In this document: one piece after another, positions 15,136-22,454 of the stretch
Position numbering within the stretch: the stretch's first letter is position 1
How the letters are laid out: each line of letters starts with the position of its first letter
Position numbers and translations under genes: made by a program
From: Candidatus Heimdallarchaeota archaeon
Lineage (GTDB): Archaea > Asgardarchaeota > Heimdallarchaeia > Heimdallarchaeales > Heimdallarchaeaceae
NCBI GenBank assembly: GCA_016840095.1
Contig: JAEOSZ010000042.1
Location: 1 to 22,454 of the forward strand
Direction of reading: 5' to 3'
DNA: 22,454 nucleotides
The notes under the pieces: model-generated
Database searches by the model: none
Told to the model about the DNA's origin: nothing
The model's input: only the letters and a program-made list of their open reading frames with translations

Positions 15136-16002
15136 ATGAACGTTCAGAAAGTAGGCTCAAGAGGATATGTTTTTACTTTTGAGGATCCTTACAAGCTAAA
15201 CATTTATGTTATCGATGGAGATAAACATACTTTCATTTGTGATACAGGATTTGGATCTGATTCTGTTAATCAGATATTAGATTATTTAAAAGAACATTCT
15301 ATTCAATCCGAACCATTTGTAGTTTTTAACTCTCATGCAGATTATGATCATGTTTGGGGGAATCATGTTTTTGAGGGTTCAGATATAATAGCTCATGAAC
15401 TCTCCCCAGAGGTTTTTCAGAGAGAAGGAGAGGAAATTTTGGAAAAGTATGGGGAACATAAAAAAGGAGAAGTGATATTGACTCCTCCTAATAAACTGTT
15501 TAAAGATAAGATAGTTTTTGAGGATGAAGGAATAGAGTTTTACCATTCCCCTGGTCATACTCTTGAATCATCCTCATGTTTTGACCATAGAGAGAAAATA
15601 CTTTTCGTTGGAGATAATATTGAATCTCCCTTTCCATATATTAACTTCCTAAACCTAAAGGAGTATGCGACTTCACTTAGGGAGTATCTAACTAGAAATG
15701 CTGATATTGTTATTTCAGGTCATGATGAAGTTATGTATGAGGATAATTTGATTAGAGAAAACCTTCATTATATTGAGGAAATTGAATCTGGTAAGGTAAG
15801 TAGAAATAATTTTACTCCAAAGCATCTAGGTATTCATTTTAATAACGTTAAGAGATTAGCTGAATTATACAAAGAAGAAGGAGAAAAGAGTCAGTCAATT
15901 AGATTTTTTCAAGAAGCACTAGAAATCTTGGAAGAAGCTGAAAGAAAACCAGCTATTGAAGAGGAAATGGAGAAAATAAGGAAAATCATTGAAAAACTGT
16001 AA
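15136..16002 (+). CDS. MBL-fold metallo-hydrolase with a C-terminal TPR-like extension
   Basis: DTG, NSHADYDHVWGN, SPGHT, FVGD and ISGH; tail LAELYKEEGEKSQSIRFFQEALEI. Confidence 0.85.
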   Translation: MNVQKVGSRGYVFTFEDPYKLNIYVIDGDKHTFICDTGFGSDSVNQILDYLKEHSIQSEPFVVFNSHADYDHVWGNHVFEGSDIIAHELSPEVFQREGEEILEKYGEHKKGEVILTPPNKLFKDKIVFEDEGIEFYHSPGHTLESSSCFDHREKILFVGDNIESPFPYINFLNLKEYATSLREYLTRNADIVISGHDEVMYEDNLIRENLHYIEEIESGKVSRNNFTPKHLGIHFNNVKRLAELYKEEGEKSQSIRFFQEALEILEEAERKPAIEEEMEKIRKIIEKL

Positions 16003-16106
16003 TGAAATCCCTAAAATTTTTAATGTAGTTGTTAAAATGTCTTCAATTACTAATTAGAATGGAGTATAGATTCAACTTAAATAACAGAATCATGAAGGAA
16101 TTAAAA

Positions 16107-17996
16107 ATGACTGTTGATAAAGATCTGAAGAAAACTACAAAAAATACAGAAACTAAACTCTTAATGGGAAACAGAGCAGTTGTTCAAGGATTATTGGAAG
16201 CAAAAGTTGGTTTAACCACTGCTTATCCTGGAACTCCAAGTACAGAAATTCAAATGCAACTTTATAGATTGAGTAAAGAAGGTCAACTGTTCTTCGAGTT
16301 CTCAGTAAATGAAAAAGTTGCATTAGAAATTGCAGGTGCTGCAGCAATGTCTGGAGTACGATCAGCTGTAATAATGAAACATGTAGGAATGAATGTTGCA
16401 TCTGACCCATTGATGGCTTTAGCATATTTTGGAGTATTAGGTGGAATGGTTATAATCATTGTTGATGACCCAGGATGTCTTTCTAGCCAAAATGAACAAG
16501 ATTCACGCTTTTGGGGTAAGTTTGCTCATTTACCCATTCTAGAACCATCAACTTCTCAAGAAGTTAAGGATACAATAGTAAAAGCATATGAACTATCTGA
16601 GAAGCACAATATGATATTTTTTGTTCGATTGACAAATTATACCGCATTGAATACTTCCGAAGTTGAAATGACTGTAGTTGATGAGAAGTTGGGTAAAAAT
16701 GGACAATTTGTTAAAGATGTTAAATATCTCATACCAGCTAGATATATCTACCATAAAGAATTGCATGGAAAGCTTCATGCGATTAGTCAGGATCCAACTT
16801 TTCAAGCTTTTAATGAACTTAAATTTTCAGATTCTACTTCAGATAAATTGGTTATAACTCAAGGTGCTATTTATCCAATGGTAGAGTATGCTCGTAACTA
16901 TGCAGGAGTAGATGTTCCTATTCTAAAGATTGGTGCCATTCATCCTTTCAGCGAGAAGCATATAGTTAAGCTTCTAAAGAAGTTCAAATATGTTTATTTC
17001 ATTGAAGAGTTAGAAACCTATGTAGAAGATGAAATATCAAGTATAATAGGGAAGTATAATCTGGATATCAAAGTGTTTGGAAAGAACAAATTAGGAATAC
17101 CCCAAGAAAACAGAATTCTTCCAGATTTATTACTCCATCCATTTAAATTGATAGCTAGCGATCCCGATGATCCTCAAACTTGGGATTTCAAATTACCTGA
17201 ATCCTCTCCTTATCCTCAAGTGTTTAACAGAGATGGATTATTGATTCCCCGAACTCTCCCTAGACTTTGTGACGGTTGTTCTCACAGAGGAGCTTTTCAT
17301 TCAATTAAACAAGCAGTAAAAGCTGATTATATTGTACCTTCAGATATTGGTTGTTATGCATTAGGCCAAGTATCTCCTGTTGAGGTAGGAGATTACTGGT
17401 TGTGTATGGGAGCTAGTATTGGAACTGCTATAGGTCAATCTTTGGTCAATAAAAAACCTGTAATCGCAATAATAGGTGATGGAACATTCTTTCATGCAGG
17501 AATACCACCTTTAATTGATGCAGTTCTCTATGATCACAATATTACTGTTGCAATTTTGAATAATCGACTAACAGCTATGACTGGAGGACAGCCAAGTCCT
17601 TCTTCTACAGAAAAGATAGCAAAAAATCAAAACGAAATTGATATCGAACAGCTTGTTAGAGGAATAGGTGTAAAATGGGTTAAATCAGTCAGTGTAGAAA
17701 ATGTTCAAGAAAATACAAAATTGCTCAAAGAGGCAATTGAATATGAAGGTCCAGCTGTAATGATATTCTCTGGCAATTGTGTTGTTGAACTACTTAGACA
17801 TGACTTTGATCTTGGTCAAGCCCCATATGTAGATCAAGAAGTTTGTATTTACTGTGGAATCTGTTATATTGATTTCTCATGCCCTTCAATTATTAAGAAG
17901 GATGGAAAAATAGAGATTAGAGAAGAAACTTGCACTGCTTGCAATATCTGTGTGGATGTCTGTCCGCATGATGCAATAATTCCGAGGAAGAAATAA
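16107..17996 (+). CDS. iorA: Indolepyruvate:ferredoxin oxidoreductase alpha subunit
   Basis: LMGNRAV, YPGTPSTEI, SVNEKVALE, MKHVGMNVASD, SSQNEQDSR, LCDGCSHR, SDIGCY, GDGTFFHAG...NNRLTAMTGGQ and two C-terminal ferredoxin motifs. Start at 16092 or 16107. Confidence 0.95.
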   Translation: MTVDKDLKKTTKNTETKLLMGNRAVVQGLLEAKVGLTTAYPGTPSTEIQMQLYRLSKEGQLFFEFSVNEKVALEIAGAAAMSGVRSAVIMKHVGMNVASDPLMALAYFGVLGGMVIIIVDDPGCLSSQNEQDSRFWGKFAHLPILEPSTSQEVKDTIVKAYELSEKHNMIFFVRLTNYTALNTSEVEMTVVDEKLGKNGQFVKDVKYLIPARYIYHKELHGKLHAISQDPTFQAFNELKFSDSTSDKLVITQGAIYPMVEYARNYAGVDVPILKIGAIHPFSEKHIVKLLKKFKYVYFIEELETYVEDEISSIIGKYNLDIKVFGKNKLGIPQENRILPDLLLHPFKLIASDPDDPQTWDFKLPESSPYPQVFNRDGLLIPRTLPRLCDGCSHRGAFHSIKQAVKADYIVPSDIGCYALGQVSPVEVGDYWLCMGASIGTAIGQSLVNKKPVIAIIGDGTFFHAGIPPLIDAVLYDHNITVAILNNRLTAMTGGQPSPSSTEKIAKNQNEIDIEQLVRGIGVKWVKSVSVENVQENTKLLKEAIEYEGPAVMIFSGNCVVELLRHDFDLGQAPYVDQEVCIYCGICYIDFSCPSIIKKDGKIEIREETCTACNICVDVCPHDAIIPRKK

Positions 17997-18006
17997 GAGG
18001 TTGAAG

Positions 18007-18651
18007 ATGATGAGTGAAAATAGAAAACAAAACGAAAAACCGGTCAACATTGCTATAGTAGGCTTAGGTGGTCAAGGTGTTATAACCTTAGCAAAACTTA
18101 TTGCTTCAACTAGTTTTGGATTAGGAAAGAAAGTGTGTTTCAACGAAATGCATGGTTTATCTCAACGTGGAGGTTCTGTTCAATCGTTTATTAGAATTAA
18201 TGAAGCTAATAATCCAATTTTCGCTGCTGAAGATGTAGACCTTGTTATAGGGATGGAAAAACTTGAAACAATCAGATATCTCTATCTAGCAAAGAAAGCT
18301 CAGCCAAAGGTAATCATGACAAATAAATATGATATCAGATCTACACATGATTTGGGATTGGTGGTTTTTCCAGATGAGGATGAGATTGATAAAGAGATAG
18401 CAAGATATTCTTCGGAAGTATATCTCTTTGATGCTCTAGGGTATGAAGAGAATTTCAAGGGTAAATTCAAACCTCTCAATGTTCCTGTTTTTGCAATTTT
18501 AACTACATTCCCAGAGTTAGGTCTTCCTGAGAAAGAATCAAAAGATTTAGTTTTGGATTATCTTGGTCGTAATATGTTTATCAGACAAATTAACAAAAAG
18601 GCATTCGAAGAAGGACCGAAATGGCTAAAGAAGTTGGAGGAGAGCTCATGA
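18007..18651 (+). CDS. iorB: Indolepyruvate:ferredoxin oxidoreductase beta subunit
   Basis: GLGGQGVIT, EMHGLSQRGGSV, GMEKLETIR and INKKAFEEG; directly follows iorA. Confidence 0.92.
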   Translation: MMSENRKQNEKPVNIAIVGLGGQGVITLAKLIASTSFGLGKKVCFNEMHGLSQRGGSVQSFIRINEANNPIFAAEDVDLVIGMEKLETIRYLYLAKKAQPKVIMTNKYDIRSTHDLGLVVFPDEDEIDKEIARYSSEVYLFDALGYEENFKGKFKPLNVPVFAILTTFPELGLPEKESKDLVLDYLGRNMFIRQINKKAFEEGPKWLKKLEESS

Positions 18652-19685
18652 ATATCGTAGTAGTTGGACCTGGTGCTATTGGCTGTGCAGTTGCAGCAAG
18701 TATTGGAAGTAAAGGTTCTTCAGTTTATCTTCTAGGAAGGGAATATCATAAGGAACACTTTACAAAAAATCCAGCAGTATTCAAAACTAAAGATGATGAA
18801 ATCAGTTCCGAAGTCACTCCTATTACAATTGATGATTTGACAAAAGACAACATAAAACCTGACGCTGTTCTGATTACTCTAAAAGCAAATTTCACTATTG
18901 AATTCATGAAAGAACTGGAAAATCATATTCCTCATGATACATTCATAGTTTCTCTTCAAAATGGACTTATTGCTCAGGATATTTATGATCAAACAGCTTT
19001 CAAAAATGTCATAGCATGTGTTGTTGGTTTTAACATATTTACAGAAAGTATTGGTGTTGCAGTACAAGCATCAGCAGGTGATATCGTTATTGGAAGAGTG
19101 ATGGATGATCATTTTGGTACAGAAACAGGAGATGTCCCAGAATTCATTCTAGAGCAACTAAATCTAGCTGCACCTACTTCAATATCATCGAATATAACTA
19201 GTGATGTTTGGATGAAATTGATGATAAATTCAACAATTAATCCAATCTGTGCTCTTGGAAATCTAACACTTGGTGAACTATATATGCAAGCTGATGCTCT
19301 GAAACTTGCTTTGTGGGTTTGGAAGGAGTTAGTACACGTTGTAGATGCTTTGAAACTTAAACTTAATCCGTTCCAAGGTCAACTACATGCTAACATGCTT
19401 TATACCTATGATATCATCAGTTATGGAATCTCTAGAACAGTAGTATATAGAATGACTGGACTTCATGGTGATGCAATTGTTTCTATGCTCCAAGATTTAA
19501 GAGCTGGTAAAACAACAGAAATTGATTTTCTTAATGGTAGAGTTGTCGAAATAGGCAAAAAGTATAAAGTTGATATGCCAATTAATGAATTACTAATCAA
19601 GAATATCAAGAAACTTGAAAATGGAGATTCTAAACCAAGTAAAGGTTATCTTAAGAAGATATATCGTGACTTAGTTTTAGCTTAG
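18648..19685 (+). CDS. panE: Ketopantoate reductase (PanE/ApbA) family 2-oxoacid reductase
   Basis: GPGAIG, LKA, SLQNG, WMKLMIN..INP and SMLQDL..GKTTEIDFLNG; ATGA overlap with the iorB stop. Confidence 0.85.
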   Translation: MNIVVVGPGAIGCAVAASIGSKGSSVYLLGREYHKEHFTKNPAVFKTKDDEISSEVTPITIDDLTKDNIKPDAVLITLKANFTIEFMKELENHIPHDTFIVSLQNGLIAQDIYDQTAFKNVIACVVGFNIFTESIGVAVQASAGDIVIGRVMDDHFGTETGDVPEFILEQLNLAAPTSISSNITSDVWMKLMINSTINPICALGNLTLGELYMQADALKLALWVWKELVHVVDALKLKLNPFQGQLHANMLYTYDIISYGISRTVVYRMTGLHGDAIVSMLQDLRAGKTTEIDFLNGRVVEIGKKYKVDMPINELLIKNIKKLENGDSKPSKGYLKKIYRDLVLA

Positions 19686-19820
19686 AAGAAGGATTAATTT
19701 TCTTCTCTTTTAATTTCTTTGGCTTTTTAAACGAAATTCCTTATAATCTATTAGTTAATATACGTTAAACTTAAGATTAAGCGAATAAACTATAATAGTG
19801 AAAGTTCTTGAGTGGTTAGT

Positions 19821-20144
19821 ATGAAAATTGAAGAATTAAAACCAGATGCAAACTTTGATGAATTGAAAGTACGTATTCTTTCAAAACAAGGACCCAGACA
19901 AGTTCAGTCTAGAGACCGAGTTTTACATGTTTGGGATATTTTAGTAGCTGATGAAACAGGAACAACTACTCTAACTCTATGGGGTGCAACTGCTGGGGAT
20001 GAATACAAAGTTCAGCAAGTAGTTACAATCTCAGAAGGTTGGTGTAAGATGTTTAGAGACAAGAAGCAAATTTCCTTAGGCAGAGGAGGAAAGATATTCC
20101 CTGCAGAGGATGATCCTAATCTCCCAACAAAGATTCCGGAATAA
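19821..20144 (+). CDS. Single OB-fold ssDNA-binding protein (SSB/RPA)
   Basis: MKIEELKP, LVADETGTTTLTLWG and GWCKMFRDKKQISLGRGG, resembling archaeal SSB / hSSB1-type OB folds. Confidence 0.88.
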   Translation: MKIEELKPDANFDELKVRILSKQGPRQVQSRDRVLHVWDILVADETGTTTLTLWGATAGDEYKVQQVVTISEGWCKMFRDKKQISLGRGGKIFPAEDDPNLPTKIPE

Positions 20145-20151
20145 AAACTTT

Positions 20152-20604
20152 TTACCAAAATCCTTTTTTCATTTCTTTTATTGTTTCTGAATCTTTGTAT
20201 GTCTCTTTCCAGTTTGTTATTTCTTCATCTACTATTTTCTTAATTTCTTCTCGTTCTTCATCTTCAATGTAAGTACAAGCTTCTTCATCAGGTATAATTC
20301 GCTTTATTCTTTCCATAAGTTTCGATAACATGAGTTTTACATCTGATGGTGAAATTTCATCTTCTAACTGTTTAATAAGTACAATTCCAAAACAATTAGC
20401 TGTTTCTAAATACACTTCATTAGATTCAGTTGTTACCGTCCTAGGCTGTCCTACTTTTACCTCTACCATTAAATTTTGAATTGCTGTAATTAAACCAGAA
20501 AACAAGATTGCGTCTGCAACTGAATCTTTTTTCTCAACTGGATCATAATGATATATTGGAACTCCTCCAACTGAAAGTATGTAGAATGATTTTATCATTG
20601 TCAA
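20152..20604 (-). CDS. Longin-like domain protein (Asgard eukaryotic-signature type)
   Basis: MIKSFYILSVGGVPIYHY...DAILFSGLITAIQNL pattern (two strands, then an 'L.SG...AI' helix). Confidence 0.7.
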   Translation of the reverse strand: MTMIKSFYILSVGGVPIYHYDPVEKKDSVADAILFSGLITAIQNLMVEVKVGQPRTVTTESNEVYLETANCFGIVLIKQLEDEISPSDVKLMLSKLMERIKRIIPDEEACTYIEDEEREEIKKIVDEEITNWKETYKDSETIKEMKKGFW

Positions 20605-20614
20605 TCTTCCTCTG

Positions 20615-20965
20615 CTAACATGTTAAATGAATGGCCAAGGCTGCGTTTTTTCCTGTTTTTGTTAATTCATTGAATTTTTCTGTCGCTTCGCTAGATTTGT
20701 AAACCATTACATCTATGTTCATTTGTTCTAGTTCTTTAATAACTTGTTCAGGAACTTCCATTTTACCTATAGAACCTGTTCCAATAACTAGAACATCAAT
20801 TTTTCTTTTATCTAGGATATTTAAATCTTCTAGCTGCAATTTATGCCCTTCTTCTCTCCACCACTTCTCTTGAATGAAATCTTTGAATATAATTAAATCT
20901 GAAGAATAAGATTTACCTGAAACCACAATTTTTCCAAAACGGTATTTATCAATTACATTCATCAT
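20615..20965 (-). CDS. Mth938-like (AAMDC/NDUFAF3 family) protein
   Basis: IDKYRFGKIVVSGKSYSSD, WWREEGH, LVIGTG...M and C-terminal IHLTC. Confidence 0.9.
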   Translation of the reverse strand: MMNVIDKYRFGKIVVSGKSYSSDLIIFKDFIQEKWWREEGHKLQLEDLNILDKRKIDVLVIGTGSIGKMEVPEQVIKELEQMNIDVMVYKSSEATEKFNELTKTGKNAALAIHLTC

Positions 20966-21037
20966 TTAATTGTTGTTCACGAACATATTTAAGTAACTGT
21001 TTCTTATAGTCTACAATAATTCAAGGAGACATAAAAT

Positions 21038-21805
21038 ATGGCATTATGGTGGTTGGGCCCATTAATTGGAGTTCCAGCTTTTATTTTGGGAGTCTGGTTC
21101 CTTGCAGGAATCAAAGTAGTTTTAGAATACGAGAGGATAGTTGTTTTCCGTTTAGGAAGATATAAGAGAACAATGGGTCCTGGAATTGTGTATGTTCTAC
21201 CAGTAATAGAATCTGCTAGAAAAGTGGATTTGAGAATCATCACACAAGATATACCTAGACAAGAAGTTATGACAAGAGACAACATACCTGTTTTAGCAAA
21301 CACTGTTGTATATTTCAAGGTAGAACGTCCTGAAGACGCAGTTATCAAGATTGAGAATTATGTATATGCAGTAAGGCAATACACTCAAGCAGCATTAAGA
21401 GACACTATGGGAACAATGGAACTTGATCAAGTATTAATTGAGAGAGACAAAATTGCTCAAGATATTCGTGAGATTGTTGATAAAGAAACCAGTGAATGGG
21501 GTATTGATATCAAAGGAATAAAGATACAAGAAATTGAGCTTCCAGCTGAAATGAAAAGAGCATTTGCTATGCAGGCAGAAGCTGAGAGAGAAAAACGAGC
21601 TGCAATAATTAAATCAGAAGGAGAACTTCAAGCTGCTCAAAATCTTGCATCTGCTGCTAAGCTATTAGCTACTGAACAAGGAGCTATTCAGTTACGAACT
21701 CTTCAAACAATCAGAGATATTGCTCAAGATCCAAGTGAGAAAATAGTTATTTTCATGCCTAATGATATAACAGAAGTTGCCAAGAAAGTAGTTGGTAAGA
21801 AATAG
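21038..21805 (+). CDS. Stomatin-like SPFH/band 7 (slipin) protein
   Basis: N-terminal TM helix, EYER.VVFRLGR, VDLR...DIPRQEVMTRDN and MKRA.A.QAEAEREKRA; AAGGAG SD. Confidence 0.95.
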   Translation: MALWWLGPLIGVPAFILGVWFLAGIKVVLEYERIVVFRLGRYKRTMGPGIVYVLPVIESARKVDLRIITQDIPRQEVMTRDNIPVLANTVVYFKVERPEDAVIKIENYVYAVRQYTQAALRDTMGTMELDQVLIERDKIAQDIREIVDKETSEWGIDIKGIKIQEIELPAEMKRAFAMQAEAEREKRAAIIKSEGELQAAQNLASAAKLLATEQGAIQLRTLQTIRDIAQDPSEKIVIFMPNDITEVAKKVVGKK

Positions 21806-21819
21806 AAGAGGCGACACTT

Positions 21820-22454
21820 TTGGGTTTACGAACTCTTAAGAGATATGTGCAAATAGCATTCAATGGATCTGCACAACAGGTAAGAAGGATACTTCCACAT
21901 ATTCCATATGATCCTCGAATCATTATTGAAGCAGGAACACCGTATGTCAAACTTACTGGTATGGCTGGTGTCAGACTAATCAGAAGAATGTGGAGGGGAT
22001 TAGTTGTAGCAGATATCAAAGTAACTGACGGAGCAGCTAAGGAAGTTATGTATGCTGCGGGAGCAGGTGCAAATGCTGCAACAGTAATGGGATCTGCACC
22101 TGTAGAAACACTAGACTTCTTTGTTGATTTCTGTGCTAAGCACAATATTTATTCTATGATAGACATGCTAGGTGTTGATAATCCATTAAGAAAGATGCTT
22201 CCAATGAAAACTAAACCTGATATAGTTGTAATACACAAAGGAAGAGATGAAGAAAGTAATAGACAGAACATCATACGATACAAAGATATAACAAAAATTA
22301 GGTCAAAATATGATAGCTTAATTTCTGTTGCTGGAGGACTTGAGCATGATCATGTTCGTACAGCTTTCTTCAATGGAGCAGATATTGCTGTACTAAATGT
22401 AGTAGCAGCTAATGACCCAAATGCAGGTCTTCATGAAGGTTCTAACTTTAGACA
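21820..22454 (+). CDS. 3-hexulose-6-phosphate synthase / OMP-decarboxylase-superfamily protein; truncated at window end
   Basis: Manual translation from TTG 21820 (GAGG SD): YVQIAFN, IIEAGTPYVK, VVADIKVTDG, IDMLGV, PDIVVIHKGRDEE, SVAGG and GADIAV. No stop in the window. Confidence 0.85.
   Translation, partial: MGLRTLKRYVQIAFNGSAQQVRRILPHIPYDPRIIIEAGTPYVKLTGMAGVRLIRRMWRGLVVADIKVTDGAAKEVMYAAGAGANAATVMGSAPVETLDFFVDFCAKHNIYSMIDMLGVDNPLRKMLPMKTKPDIVVIHKGRDEESNRQNIIRYKDITKIRSKYDSLISVAGGLEHDHVRTAFFNGADIAVLNVVAANDPNAGLHEGSNFR

Noticed and set aside
20152-20170. C-terminal KKGFW of the longin-like protein as a dilysine retrieval signal
   Set aside because: Spacing fits neither KKxx nor KxKxx, and the protein is soluble.
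14087-22145. Small ORFs 14087..14329, 16153..16425, 16593..16805, 18879..19067, 21004..21348 and 21759..22145
   Set aside because: Shadow ORFs; 21759..22145 is antisense to the HPS-like gene that the track missed.
1-22454. CRISPR array, tRNA/rRNA, IS element or defence island
   Set aside because: No regularly spaced repeats, no GC-rich structured RNA in the short intergenic gaps, and no transposase, integrase or recognisable defence genes.

Overview
AT-rich, gene-dense chromosomal segment of an archaeon, most likely Asgard (Heimdallarchaeia/Loki-like). This rests on a longin-like ESP, a single-OB SSB/RPA, IorAB, an HPS-like gene, a PadR-zinc ribbon protein, TATA/BRE promoters, GGTG/GAGG Shine-Dalgarno sites and oligo-T terminators. 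I found about 24 CDS and no rRNA, tRNA, CRISPR array, transposase or integrase. The ORF track misses two edge-truncated genes: 1..1989 (-) and 21820..22454 (+). The highlight is a lipid-oriented cluster at 1-7000. It holds an in-frame fusion of an Fe-alcohol dehydrogenase to a tungsten-type aldehyde:ferredoxin oxidoreductase behind an SCP2 lipid-carrier gene, a tandem two-EXPERA (TMEM97/TM6SF-like) membrane protein, and a DegV fatty-acid-binding protein. Other oddities: a GATase-II lacking its catalytic Cys, a membrane-anchored M23 peptidase, a PanE-family reductase coupled to iorAB, a flavoprotein gene framed by direct and inverted repeats, and a PadR operator array. Family calls come from motif recognition only; no searches were run.
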